Shown here one piece after another: positions 36,740-46,107 of a DNA stretch of 53,327 nucleotides. The notes under the pieces are model-generated. The model did not search any database. It saw nothing but the letters and a program-made list of their open reading frames with translations, and was not told the DNA's origin. The stretch is taken from positions 1-53,327 of the IMG/VR virus record IMGVR_UViG_3300046791_000074; one strand, given 5' to 3'. Source of the DNA: a virus (lineage: Duplodnaviria > Caudoviricetes). Each line of letters starts with the position of its first letter. Positions within the stretch are counted from its first letter, which is position 1. The translations under genes and the position numbers were made by a program.

Positions 36740-39089
36740 GGAGTGCCCTCTTGCGGCCGTCGGTAAGTTCGTTCCGTCGGAGATTCCTGCAGCAGGAGCT
36801 AAGCTCGCATTCGTCGGGGAAGCACCGGGGCTCCAGGAAGCTCGGACGGGGAAGCCATTCATGGGTCCCTCTGGCGAGCTTCTTAATCGTGTTATGCGTC
36901 ATCATCGTATCAAACGTAGGGAGGTGCTTCTAACCAATGCGTGCCTTTGTCGCCCGCCTGATAACGCGACACCTGCAGCGAGTGCTGTCAAGGCGTGTTC
37001 AGAACGTCTCGTGGGCGAGCTGGAGCTCGCGGGGGTCAGCACAGTGGTGGCACTCGGTAACACTGCGGCTCAAGCACTTACCGGTCGAACTGGTGTTACG
37101 AAGCTCCGTGTCGGGTCCGGAATCCCATCGAATTTCGATCCGAATCTACGTGTCGTCTCAACGCTCCATCCCGCGTACTGTTTGCGAAACGCTGATGGAT
37201 TCCCATCCCTTGTCGTCGATGTCGGAAAGGCAGTAAACCCAGGTGTTGTCTTCACCCCTCCGGTGTACCGAGTTGTCGAGTCTAGCGTTGACGCTATCAG
37301 GGTCATCCGAGGACTTCTACTCGGATCAGGCCCAGTCGTTGTCGACATTGAAAGCGACGTTGAGAAGGATGTCGGCTTCGGACACCCTAACCAGCATACT
37401 CTGCTCTGTGTGGGGATCACTGCAAGAGGACGAGTCCGCTACGTACTCGCTGACAGTGCACTCACACCAAGAGTCTGGGCAGCACTCCGTATCCTATTCC
37501 TTCGAAGGGGTGCATCAGCTCAGAACGGAAAGTTCGACCTCGCAGGACTCTACCGCTTCATCGGGGCCGTACGTCTAAAGTTCGATACGCTGCTAGCGTC
37601 CTACGCGTGTGACGAGCGTCCAGGCATTCACGGCCTAAAAGTTCAGGCCCAGGAGTATCTGGGCGCTCCGCCCTACGATGATGAGGTAAAGAAGTATGTC
37701 GGTCCGGGTGAAGGTTACGGCAAAATCCCGAGACATATTCTATACCAGTACAACGCGTACGACATTCATTGCACGGATCTCTTGCAGGAGATGTACGAGC
37801 GGAGGTTTAGTAACGACCCGGACGCTAAGAGACTACACGATTTTCTCTTGGCAGCATCCGAGCAACTCATGTTCGTCGAGCTCAATGGTATGGCAGTGGA
37901 CCTGGAATACCTGAAGGTACTCGAGAAGCGGTTCTTTGCCAGCCTCGCAGTCCTGGAGCTAGAGCTTGACGACCAACTGAAGAGCAACCCCAAAGTCCCT
38001 GTGGACTTTGTCAACCCAAGGTCGCCGCAGCAGGTCAAGCGAGTACTACATTCGTTGGGTGCTAAGGTTACTACTACGAACAAGGAGATGCTCTGGAAGC
38101 TACAGGATCATTGTAAGGACCTAGCTGTCGCCAAAGGCTTCGAGGGTCCGGAGGTCTTCCCGATATACAACTTCGTGACGACTCTTCTGGATCACCGGAA
38201 GGAAGCGAAGCTCTATGGAACGTACGTCAAAGGTATTCGGAAGCGACTGTACCGTGGACGGGTGTACCCGACATTCCTTATCCATGGAACTACTTCCGGA
38301 CGGCTCTCTAGTCGGAACCCTAACATGCAGAACATCGTTCGAGGTAGCGACATTCGAAATATGTTCGTCCCAGCTAAAGCCGGAAACGTCTTCGTACAAT
38401 CAGACTACAGTCAAGCTGAACTGCGTGTGCTCACCTGGCTCGCTTCCTGTATCTATTTCCGCGACATCTTCAACGCTGGTGATATTGATCTATTCGACGA
38501 GCTCACACCGGTGCTCTACCCGAAACTTCCACCTAAGCACCTTGTACATCCGGGAGAGTGGAAGGAGATCCGTATTCGTGTCAAGGCTTTCGTTTACGGG
38601 TTGGGTTACGGTCGCGGAGAAGGATCCATCGCGGAAGAGTTCAAGATCCCGTACAGCGAGGCACTTACTCTCAAGCGTAACTTCTTCTCGGTCATCCCGG
38701 AGATCGTCAGCTGGCAGCGTGAGATTCAGGAAGCAGTCTTCTCGGGAGAAGACCTCAAGACACCGTTTGGACGGACCCGCCGCTTCGGACTGATCACGGA
38801 TCAGAACCGACACGAGATCGAGAAGGAGTGCCTTGCCTTCAAACCACAATCCATCTCCTCAGACATCTGTCTGGGAGCAATGGTCACACTACGCCGCGAG
38901 CTCAAGGGTATGGCCTGGATACGGAACATCGTACACGACTCCATCCTGGCTGAGTGCGCTCGAGAAGACGCTGAACGAGTCGGATCGCTTATGGATCGAC
39001 GCATGGTGGAATCCGCCCGCAACACTGTCGGAGACTACGTTATCTTTGCTACAGACAGCAAGGTCGGAAACAACTGGGGAGAGGTCTGA
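36711..39089 (+). CDS. Family A DNA polymerase with an N-terminal family-4 uracil-DNA glycosylase domain
   Basis: UDG motifs CEEC, VGEAPG, PFMGPSG, CRPPDN, LG and HPAY; exonuclease motifs DIE, NGKFD and YNAYD; polymerase motifs TTSGRLSS, DYSQAELR, KAFVYGLGYG and VHDS. Confidence 0.93.
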   Translation: MRKHPLAKCEECPLAAVGKFVPSEIPAAGAKLAFVGEAPGLQEARTGKPFMGPSGELLNRVMRHHRIKRREVLLTNACLCRPPDNATPAASAVKACSERLVGELELAGVSTVVALGNTAAQALTGRTGVTKLRVGSGIPSNFDPNLRVVSTLHPAYCLRNADGFPSLVVDVGKAVNPGVVFTPPVYRVVESSVDAIRVIRGLLLGSGPVVVDIESDVEKDVGFGHPNQHTLLCVGITARGRVRYVLADSALTPRVWAALRILFLRRGASAQNGKFDLAGLYRFIGAVRLKFDTLLASYACDERPGIHGLKVQAQEYLGAPPYDDEVKKYVGPGEGYGKIPRHILYQYNAYDIHCTDLLQEMYERRFSNDPDAKRLHDFLLAASEQLMFVELNGMAVDLEYLKVLEKRFFASLAVLELELDDQLKSNPKVPVDFVNPRSPQQVKRVLHSLGAKVTTTNKEMLWKLQDHCKDLAVAKGFEGPEVFPIYNFVTTLLDHRKEAKLYGTYVKGIRKRLYRGRVYPTFLIHGTTSGRLSSRNPNMQNIVRGSDIRNMFVPAKAGNVFVQSDYSQAELRVLTWLASCIYFRDIFNAGDIDLFDELTPVLYPKLPPKHLVHPGEWKEIRIRVKAFVYGLGYGRGEGSIAEEFKIPYSEALTLKRNFFSVIPEIVSWQREIQEAVFSGEDLKTPFGRTRRFGLITDQNRHEIEKECLAFKPQSISSDICLGAMVTLRRELKGMAWIRNIVHDSILAECAREDAERVGSLMDRRMVESARNTVGDYVIFATDSKVGNNWGEV

Positions 39090-39204
39090 TGAAAGACTAC
39101 ATCCGAATTATCGGTTACACGTGGAAGGGAATCTACCTGGTCGTGACATGCTGGTACATCCACGACATCGCAGCTGTGTCAACGAACCTATGGTAGGGGG
39201 GCTA

Positions 39205-39456
39205 ATGCCTGAACGCGTACGCATCTTCGTTCATCCGGGACACGTCAGGTCTCGAAGCGACGGAGACGAGCACTTCATCAGCTTCCCTGCACTGTGCCAG
39301 CTCTATGGACTCCATCCCGACAATCGGAAGTTCCGAGAGAAGTTCGAAGTCATCAACGCCCAGTACGGTCTGGAGCGAGGTGTGCATCGAGCACAGAAGG
39401 GTGACATTCACCTCGCACCCCGCACTGACGGTAACTACTTCAAGTACGATGGCTGA
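39205..39456 (+). CDS. Conserved phage hypothetical protein
   Basis: PGHVRSRSDGDEHFIS...LYG...L.PR.DGNY. Confidence 0.6.
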   Translation: MPERVRIFVHPGHVRSRSDGDEHFISFPALCQLYGLHPDNRKFREKFEVINAQYGLERGVHRAQKGDIHLAPRTDGNYFKYDG

Positions 39457-39697
39457 ACATGGTACCCGTGCCAGATACATCAAACACATCCGGGACGGCG
39501 AAGAAGCCTGTACAGAATGTAAAGCAGGTAATGCGGCAAACAGTAAGGCGTACGCAGCTAGCTCTCCGGAGATTACGGAGAAGGCGAACGCCAAGAAGCG
39601 TGCCATCTCTCGTGCTCAGGTCAGACTTCGGAACCTCTATCCCGTCGAGTTCGAAGTCCTCTACCAGGAAGAACTAAGAAAGGAGGAACTGGAATGA
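39449..39697 (+). CDS. HGT-x-Y...CxxC small protein
   Basis: HGTRARY..H...EEACTEC motif, common in actinophages. Confidence 0.65.
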   Translation: MAEHGTRARYIKHIRDGEEACTECKAGNAANSKAYAASSPEITEKANAKKRAISRAQVRLRNLYPVEFEVLYQEELRKEELE

Positions 39698-39993
39698 GAG
39701 GTCAGGCAAGTAAGACCGGCGACACGAAGACTGCCCGCAACGGATACCACTACACTCGGACAGAGGACAGGTGGCGACTCACTCATCACATCGTTGCGGA
39801 GACCAAGCTCGGAAGGTCACTCAAAGAGAGCGAGCGAGTGACCTTCAAGGATCGGAACCGGAAGAACTTGGATCCGGACAACCTGATCGTCGTAGTGAAA
39901 GGTGCCACGACTGTTGCTCGGGAGCGTGCCAGATTGGAAGCTCGCATTGCGGAGTTACAAGCACAGCTGAGAGAGCTGCTCGAGAGTCCTTAG
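39694..39993 (+). CDS. Degenerate HNH-like protein with a C-terminal coiled coil
   Basis: HHIVAE..LGRSL...ERVTFKDRNRKNLDPDNL. Confidence 0.7.
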   Translation: MRGQASKTGDTKTARNGYHYTRTEDRWRLTHHIVAETKLGRSLKESERVTFKDRNRKNLDPDNLIVVVKGATTVARERARLEARIAELQAQLRELLESP

Positions 39994-40095
39994 ACTTAGT
40001 ATTAGACCGCTGAGACTATAGCTTAGACCGATTGGAATCGGTGTTCGTTATAGCTAACACAGCTAAAGGATCATGCTTGTCTAACAAGAGTCTAG
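39990..40095 (+). repeat. TTAGAC/TGAGAC intergenic element, copy B
   Basis: Hexamers at 39990, 40002, 40011 and 40023, with the same 12/9/12 spacing as copy A. Confidence 0.8.
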
Positions 40096-40122
40096 CCGCT
40101 TGACGATGAATGGAGACCACAG

Positions 40123-40623
40123 ATGGTGTTAGACCCGAACGTTAGAGTCATCGCCCTTGATCCGGGTGGCACTACGGGGTGGGCTACCTGGCAAGCTCTT
40201 ATCATCCCCGGCATCACACTGGGGTCGCTGAAGAGTTCGCAGAGCTATCACTGTGGACATATTGGCGGACCCGAGCACGGACAGGAGCTCGTCAACTTCC
40301 TCGGCCATCAGAGGGTGATGCAGACCGTGGTCGTGTGTGAACGCTTCGACGATCGTCATGCCGGACATCACGTCGATCCCGTGGCCCTGAAGTACATCGG
40401 AGCAGTCGAAGTCTGGTGCAAGGAGAACGACGTTCCTCTACACATGCAGATGCCTGGGACAGCCAAGGCGTTCGTGAAGGATGCGAACCTCCGACGCCTA
40501 GGTGTCTACCAGGGCAAGCAGTGGAAGCACGCCATGGATGCCTACCGGCACCTCTTCTGGTACCTCATCAACGGGGAGCCGAAGCGTAAGGACCTGCTAG
40601 CGAAGGGCTGGCCTAATGCATAA
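40123..40623 (+). CDS. RuvC-like Holliday junction resolvase
   Basis: IALDPGGTTGWA, VVCERF and HAMDA. Confidence 0.8.
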   Translation: MVLDPNVRVIALDPGGTTGWATWQALIIPGITLGSLKSSQSYHCGHIGGPEHGQELVNFLGHQRVMQTVVVCERFDDRHAGHHVDPVALKYIGAVEVWCKENDVPLHMQMPGTAKAFVKDANLRRLGVYQGKQWKHAMDAYRHLFWYLINGEPKRKDLLAKGWPNA

Positions 40624-40801
40624 CAAGGAGTTGCAGATCATCACAGTGTTGATGGCGCAGCTCGAACTGACTAGCATCGTTCTGGACTACGAAGTTCTCG
40701 ATGCTGCCTACAGCACAGCTAGTCCTGTCATCACTGACAGTGCGCAGCGCGCGCAGGTTATCATTCACTTGATGCCGAGATTCAAACCTGTTGAAGGATA
40801 A
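40616..40801 (+). CDS. Hypothetical protein
   Basis: 61 aa; last gene of the plus-strand arm. Confidence 0.5.
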   Translation: MHNKELQIITVLMAQLELTSIVLDYEVLDAAYSTASPVITDSAQRAQVIIHLMPRFKPVEG

Positions 40802-40873
40802 CAGAAGCCTGGCCTCCTACGAAGGGTTCGATCTACCGGGAAGGGATCGCGTAGGAGGCCAGGCAGTTCTGTT
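40800..40873. terminator. Bidirectional terminator-like hairpin where the two arms converge
   Basis: 15-bp stem GCCTGGCCTCCTACG/CGTAGGAGGCCAGGC (40807/40850) with outer AACAGAA/TTCTGTT. Confidence 0.75.
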
Positions 40874-41060
40874 AGACCTTGTTCTTGGCTCCGTAGACGC
40901 CGAGAGCCGTCAGCAGCCCGAGAGCTGCGACCGCGTACGTCTTGTAGGGCTCAGGCACAAGACCTGTGGCGAGCGTCGTAGCGATGAAGCCGGCCAGCGC
41001 GACACCGAACTTCTTCGCCTTGGTGGTCAGCTGGATGAAGTCGGGCTTGAACTCGTCCAT
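40872..41060 (-). CDS. Holin
   Basis: 62 aa, two TM helices, LTALGVY...N C-terminus; directly after the amidase. Confidence 0.75.
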   Translation of the reverse strand: MDEFKPDFIQLTTKAKKFGVALAGFIATTLATGLVPEPYKTYAVAALGLLTALGVYGAKNKV

Positions 41061-41061
41061 G

Positions 41062-41859
41062 TTACTTCTCCTTCAGCAGTGAGAGGATCTCGTCGAGCTT
41101 CATGGAGTTCTTGCGAGCGAGGGTCGGGTAGCGAAGCATCTCGTTCACCGACACCTCCGAGCCTTCCTTGTACTCGTCGGTGTTGCTGTAGGCGTTCCAG
41201 ACCTCAGCGTCCTTCTTGGTCAGCTTCCACTTGTCAGTCAACTGCATGTCGATCAGCTCCTGTGGATCCGTGATGCGTAGCTTCCGCTGCACCTCGGGGA
41301 TGATGACGTTCTTGAATTGACGGATGCGAGCCGGACCTGGGCAGACCTTACCTGCCGACAGGCTCCAGTGCTCTCCGCCATTGACTACGTTCGGAGTACA
41401 CCCCTGAGCATGGTACGCCAAGCCTCTTCTACTTGGTTTCGTGTCAGGAATGAGCTCGGCGGGAATGTCGTACTTCTCGCACAGCTCCGCAATCAGATTG
41501 ACGATGGACTCCACCTGCTTGGGGGTCCATGCCAGAATGTCTTCCGGGAGCTTCGGAGCGTTGTCCGCCGTCTCGATGGAGATGACGTGCCAATGTCCCT
41601 CGAGATTGGCATCCGCTTCGAAGTCCGTATCTTGCCATTGGTACACGACGCCGTCAAGGTCCCTATCCTTGTCGCCGCCCCACTTACCACCGACACCGAA
41701 GTGGGACTCAGTGCCTGTGTAGCCGTCCTTCTTGAACATGACATCTGTCGAAGACAGATAGCCCACCATCGTGTGAATGCAGATGATGTCCTTACTCTTG
41801 AGCCGTGCTTCTGTCTGCTTGCCCAGCGGCTTTCGTACCGCGCTCTCGAGCCAGCTCAT
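41062..41859 (-). CDS. Endolysin, N-acetylmuramoyl-L-alanine amidase (Amidase_2)
   Basis: ICIHT, SHFGV, ISIET, AYH and KVCPG zinc-amidase motifs. Confidence 0.9.
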   Translation of the reverse strand: MSWLESAVRKPLGKQTEARLKSKDIICIHTMVGYLSSTDVMFKKDGYTGTESHFGVGGKWGGDKDRDLDGVVYQWQDTDFEADANLEGHWHVISIETADNAPKLPEDILAWTPKQVESIVNLIAELCEKYDIPAELIPDTKPSRRGLAYHAQGCTPNVVNGGEHWSLSAGKVCPGPARIRQFKNVIIPEVQRKLRITDPQELIDMQLTDKWKLTKKDAEVWNAYSNTDEYKEGSEVSVNEMLRYPTLARKNSMKLDEILSLLKEK

Positions 41860-41985
41860 TGTTTGCCTCCGTCAGTTCTTTCTCCAGTTGCTCCAGATAG
41901 ACCTGCTGGATCACCTCCCGGCCCATGGCCTCGCCCAGCTTCTGAGTAAGACGCTGGATGACGAGGTCTGCATCGATGGATGCCA

Positions 41986-42531
41986 CTATACTCCTTCCTT
42001 CTCCCGGATAGCGTCAATCATCTTTGCCTTGACAGAGAACGTTTGACGGGCCTGAATAAGCTGCGTCTGTTCGAACTGCTCCTTCATCCTGTCCCTGACA
42101 AGTAGAGCTAGCTGGTGATCGACCACGAGGGTCTCTGCCAAGGCATCTAGTACTTCAACATGCGTCTCGTCCTCTTCGCGGGACGTGTTTCTCTTACGTG
42201 CATGGAACTTGTCTCGCTTCTCCCTACAACGACCCAACTGGGTCTCTCGTGCCTCTTCCAAGGTCGCGGCCGTCATCAAGGGAATGTCTTCCCCTTCGAC
42301 CATCATCTCATGGAGGATGATATCGATGACAGCTTCTTTATCCTCTTCAGGGTCGAGACCGTACTCCCCCGCCCTGATGGATAACGTCTCAGCAGGCATG
42401 GCGATCAAGCCAATGACGCCATTACCTTCTTTGTCTGTCACGCTTCGGTAGAGGACAAGCCTACCATCTCTACGCTCCAGACCAATGTACCTGATGGACA
42501 TCATACCTCCTACGTTGTCCGGAAGGCCCAA
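41986..42531 (-). CDS. Hypothetical protein (possible fibre chaperone)
   Basis: Follows the fibre gene; start uncertain. Confidence 0.55.
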   Translation of the reverse strand: MGLPDNVGGMMSIRYIGLERRDGRLVLYRSVTDKEGNGVIGLIAMPAETLSIRAGEYGLDPEEDKEAVIDIILHEMMVEGEDIPLMTAATLEEARETQLGRCREKRDKFHARKRNTSREEDETHVEVLDALAETLVVDHQLALLVRDRMKEQFEQTQLIQARQTFSVKAKMIDAIREKEGV

Positions 42532-44285
42532 TAGAGCAGGTTCGCATTCTGGCTAATGGTAGCCCAGACGGTAAAGTTTGTCGTGGTAGCGTTCGTTAGC
42601 TTGTGTGCAGGTGTAGTAGCGTTAGAGGCAGTACCCTGCTGATAGGCATACACGACACCTGGACGAGTAGTCGACGTTGCACCATAAGTAATGGTCCAAG
42701 TCTGTGCAGCACCCAGACCTGCTAGGCTGTTACCAGCAATGATGCAGTCAGCAGGAGCGTTAGAGTTGGAAGCATTGTCAGAGAACTGCCCAACGATATA
42801 CACACGCGAAGTATCATCAACGTAGAGGACTGCGGCTTCTGTACCTGTATTGGTAACGCGCAGTCGTGCAGTGGTTTGTCCACAATCAACCTGTCCACCA
42901 TCTTGCACGTTACCAGTACCGTTGTAGCAAGACAGAGTACCACCATTAGCATTTAGCAAGAGTCGACCACCAACGAGACCACCCCCACCTGTGGTCTTGT
43001 TCGTCTCTAGCAGGATGCCTGAAGCGTTAGCCATGAACAACCTGTGGATGCCTGTAACACTGGGTGTCGTGGCGTATGTGAACGTACCCGTGTTCAGGCC
43101 GAGCATAGAGACGCTGCTACCGTCCTGCGGCGAGTTGATGAACGCGTTGTTCGTACCTGCAGCATTGTACATGGTGATGGTAGTCCGGTCACCACCGTCG
43201 ACCATATCTAGGTAAGGACTGCCACCACCTGGGAAGCCTGTCTGGAACTTACCTGTGAAGGTAGCTGCACCTGTAGCTGAGGCGATGTCAACAGTCTGGC
43301 CGCCGCCAGAGTTGAATGCCTGGATGCCATTGATGTTCATCTCAACGCGCGCACCACTTGCGGCTGTCATGATCCGAGCACCCACGGTCATGTTAGCCGT
43401 TAACGTACCGACCGTAAGCTTACCGACAGACAGATCTGAGATCTTAGCATTGTTAACTGCAAGGTTCTGAATGTTCGCCGTAGCGATAGCGTTCGCACCG
43501 ACGTCTGCGTTGACTAGGAGTTCTGGGATCCCTGACCCAGCCGTCGAGGCTGGAGACCTGTTTCCAACAGTATCAACAGCAACCAGGCGAGCGAAATAAG
43601 TGGAACCGTAAGTAAGATCGGTGGCAACCCAAGTACCACCGCCACGAAGGATAGTCCCGACAAGAGTAGCAACAGTGGGAGTAAAGGTTGCTCCGGTCGT
43701 GCTAAGATGTACTTCACAAAACCTAAAGTCAGTCGGAGGCTGCCCAGCAGATACATCTTGACCATTCCAATCGATTGCCAGCTGACCCAAGTACGGCGTG
43801 ACTGTAGGTGTGCTAGGCTGGAAGGGTGCAGTAGAGTCTGTAGTGGTAGTGTTGTTGATGGTGCTATACGCACCAATGGTACCCTTCCTCGTCCTGGCAC
43901 GCACTCGGAAGGTAACACTCTGACCTTGTGTGAAGGGTCCAACGTCTACGAAGGTATCTGTCGTGAAGAGGTCTGCAGTCCAGTGAGTACCGTCAATGGT
44001 CCATGAGGTGAGGTAACCATCGAGCGGGTCCTTGTTGTACTCAGACGGGTCATCCGGAATAGCAGACCAGCTATAGCGAAGCATGACACGATAGAAATCG
44101 TCCGCACCAATGCTCGTCTGGGTCGTCAACGCCAGGCCGGTCACCGCAAGCGACGCAATGACCACAGGGTCATCGCCGCCCGTTGAGCCCTGCACTCCGC
44201 GTTCCAGTCGAGCCAGCCTGCGCTCGAGCATCCGCATGTAGTCGATGAGGTCAGTCTCACCTGAGGAGTTCGTATAGCCAGGCAT
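42510..44285 (-). CDS. Minor tail/fibre protein with two FN3 domains
   Basis: TFRVRART and YFARLVAVD..GN.S FN3 strands; AKISDLSVGKLTVGTL fibre segment. Confidence 0.85.
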   Translation of the reverse strand: MPGYTNSSGETDLIDYMRMLERRLARLERGVQGSTGGDDPVVIASLAVTGLALTTQTSIGADDFYRVMLRYSWSAIPDDPSEYNKDPLDGYLTSWTIDGTHWTADLFTTDTFVDVGPFTQGQSVTFRVRARTRKGTIGAYSTINNTTTTDSTAPFQPSTPTVTPYLGQLAIDWNGQDVSAGQPPTDFRFCEVHLSTTGATFTPTVATLVGTILRGGGTWVATDLTYGSTYFARLVAVDTVGNRSPASTAGSGIPELLVNADVGANAIATANIQNLAVNNAKISDLSVGKLTVGTLTANMTVGARIMTAASGARVEMNINGIQAFNSGGGQTVDIASATGAATFTGKFQTGFPGGGSPYLDMVDGGDRTTITMYNAAGTNNAFINSPQDGSSVSMLGLNTGTFTYATTPSVTGIHRLFMANASGILLETNKTTGGGGLVGGRLLLNANGGTLSCYNGTGNVQDGGQVDCGQTTARLRVTNTGTEAAVLYVDDTSRVYIVGQFSDNASNSNAPADCIIAGNSLAGLGAAQTWTITYGATSTTRPGVVYAYQQGTASNATTPAHKLTNATTTNFTVWATISQNANLLYWAFRTT

Positions 44286-45313
44286 TACAACTCCCTCAGG
44301 TCTTGGGTGTACATCACGATGGTCTCGTCGCCACTCTTGTTCACAGTGACCTGTGCACCCTTGTAACGGAACTGTTCGTCGATCTGAGTGTAGCCGTCCT
44401 GGATGGTGATCTTGACTTTGTCGCCGTAGGTAATAGTAAAGGGATCAAAGATATTCAGGTACTGTCCGCGAAGGACAATGGTCGGGTAGCCCTTGACATC
44501 CTTACGCATGTCGCGGAGGTGACCCGTGTACTCCGTCAGGTCGTTAGCTGTCGCTGCATCCTTTAAGGCGTCAGCATACTCGCGTAGCCCGTAGGTGGAA
44601 AGTGAAGTAGTGTCAACGGCCACGACGTACGCGGGATCAGGTCCTTGAACAACGACTCTGTTCCGCAAGTACTTACCATAGTAAGATACTGCGTAACTAC
44701 TGATGTGTTGCGGGTAGACCAAATGAAGAGATCGATCGATGGCTGGACGAGGGTAGATGGCGTTGAAGGTTCTAGTTGCGGGGCTAATCCAGAAGTCAAA
44801 GCCGTCCTCCAACTCCGTCATATCCTGAATAGCTTCCAGGATGTACTTACCGTCGTATGTCTTGTACTCAATGGACCTGGTGATGCCTCCGAGGAGCACT
44901 CCGGAGGTAAGGCCGAGACCACCATCAGTGTAGGCCTGAGAGTCATTGACCAGGTCCCAGGCGATGTTGACCTGATCTATTACACTGTACGATACATCCC
45001 TAACCAGCCTCACGTCCAGGTAGTCTTCCAAAGACTGGGCTGAACATGTCATAGCCTTGGAGTCCGTACTGACTGTGATGTCCCAGATTGGGCCAGCCGC
45101 AATACAAGTACCGTTACGCATCACTGCTACCTCGTGGAGGCCTGCCGAGATGTTCGCTTCAGTAATCTGTTCATGGTAGAGCGGACTCGTCCATCGAATG
45201 CCTGACGGACCGTTGAATCCTACTTCGAACTGTAGGTTGTAGAACGGGATCTTGGCAACGAAGGCTCCAGTCCTCGTACGAGTCTCGAGCCAATAGGTTG
45301 CCACTACAGCCAC
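44285..45313 (-). CDS. Minor tail (Tal/hub-like) protein
   Basis: 342 aa after Dit; GPIW...GFDFWI...YGDKVKI pattern. Confidence 0.8.
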   Translation of the reverse strand: MAVVATYWLETRTRTGAFVAKIPFYNLQFEVGFNGPSGIRWTSPLYHEQITEANISAGLHEVAVMRNGTCIAAGPIWDITVSTDSKAMTCSAQSLEDYLDVRLVRDVSYSVIDQVNIAWDLVNDSQAYTDGGLGLTSGVLLGGITRSIEYKTYDGKYILEAIQDMTELEDGFDFWISPATRTFNAIYPRPAIDRSLHLVYPQHISSYAVSYYGKYLRNRVVVQGPDPAYVVAVDTTSLSTYGLREYADALKDAATANDLTEYTGHLRDMRKDVKGYPTIVLRGQYLNIFDPFTITYGDKVKITIQDGYTQIDEQFRYKGAQVTVNKSGDETIVMYTQDLREL

Positions 45314-46107
45314 GCACTCCTCGGGATGGAAGTACCGTTACCAACGTTCGACGTGACTCTCCATGTGTTGAGGCCCGTGTTCACTGTGGGCCACGCCCCA
45401 CCCGTCAGCACCATCGATACGTTACGTAGAGTACCGTTCACTCTGACGATAAGTTTTTCCGTGTCGATCGTAATGACCTGGCCAGACGTGATTGCTGTCG
45501 AGAAGACATACGAGCGTGCCTGGGTCTGGTTAGAAACCGTGATGGTGGCCGTTGTCGTTGACGTCGCAGTGATGGAGATAACCTGGTTAGAAGCTGTATT
45601 GCCAGCGTTAGTGAATGTATAGTTAACAGCTGTCGTCCAACCGACAGAACTGATGTCAATGTAAGACCTTGGGTCTGTGCAACCAATCTGTAGTTGAAAT
45701 GGCATTCTACCAGTGCGTCGACCTGTTTCAACGTCAGATGCATAAGCAACCGGCTTGCCCATGAAGTATCGTTGTGTCTTGTTTGGATGCTTCCAGTAGA
45801 ACGGGTAGTCGATCCCATCGGGAAGTATGGTCGCCTTCAGTAGTTCGTTGTTCGTTTCAACATCTACAGGAGCAGAAAACAGAGTACCCTTAGGCACAAG
45901 CAATCGATGCCTAAAGTAGTTACCGGTAACAAACCCGCCGTGCTGCCCATCAAGATCCAGTACGTCCCAGGCAAGCTCGGGGAAGTCTGCAAGGCCTGCT
46001 ACGCTTTCGATATCCCAAAACGGGAGAGCCGACGTACCGTTGAGCAGCACTCCGACTCCAGCATCCTTGTACTGGTACTCGTAGTCGTTCAACGTCGGAG
46101 CAGCCAT
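45304..46107 (-). CDS. Distal tail protein (Dit)
   Basis: Follows the tape measure; HGG...CTDP...N.GN...G.N..R...AWL. Confidence 0.8.
   Translation of the reverse strand: MAAPTLNDYEYQYKDAGVGVLLNGTSALPFWDIESVAGLADFPELAWDVLDLDGQHGGFVTGNYFRHRLLVPKGTLFSAPVDVETNNELLKATILPDGIDYPFYWKHPNKTQRYFMGKPVAYASDVETGRRTGRMPFQLQIGCTDPRSYIDISSVGWTTAVNYTFTNAGNTASNQVISITATSTTTATITVSNQTQARSYVFSTAITSGQVITIDTEKLIVRVNGTLRNVSMVLTGGAWPTVNTGLNTWRVTSNVGNGTSIPRSAWL

Noticed and set aside
11000-40800. Integrase, reverse transcriptase/DGR or transposase
   Set aside because: No tyrosine/serine recombinase, YxDD reverse-transcriptase or DDE transposase motifs recognised, and no TR/VR pair seen by eye.
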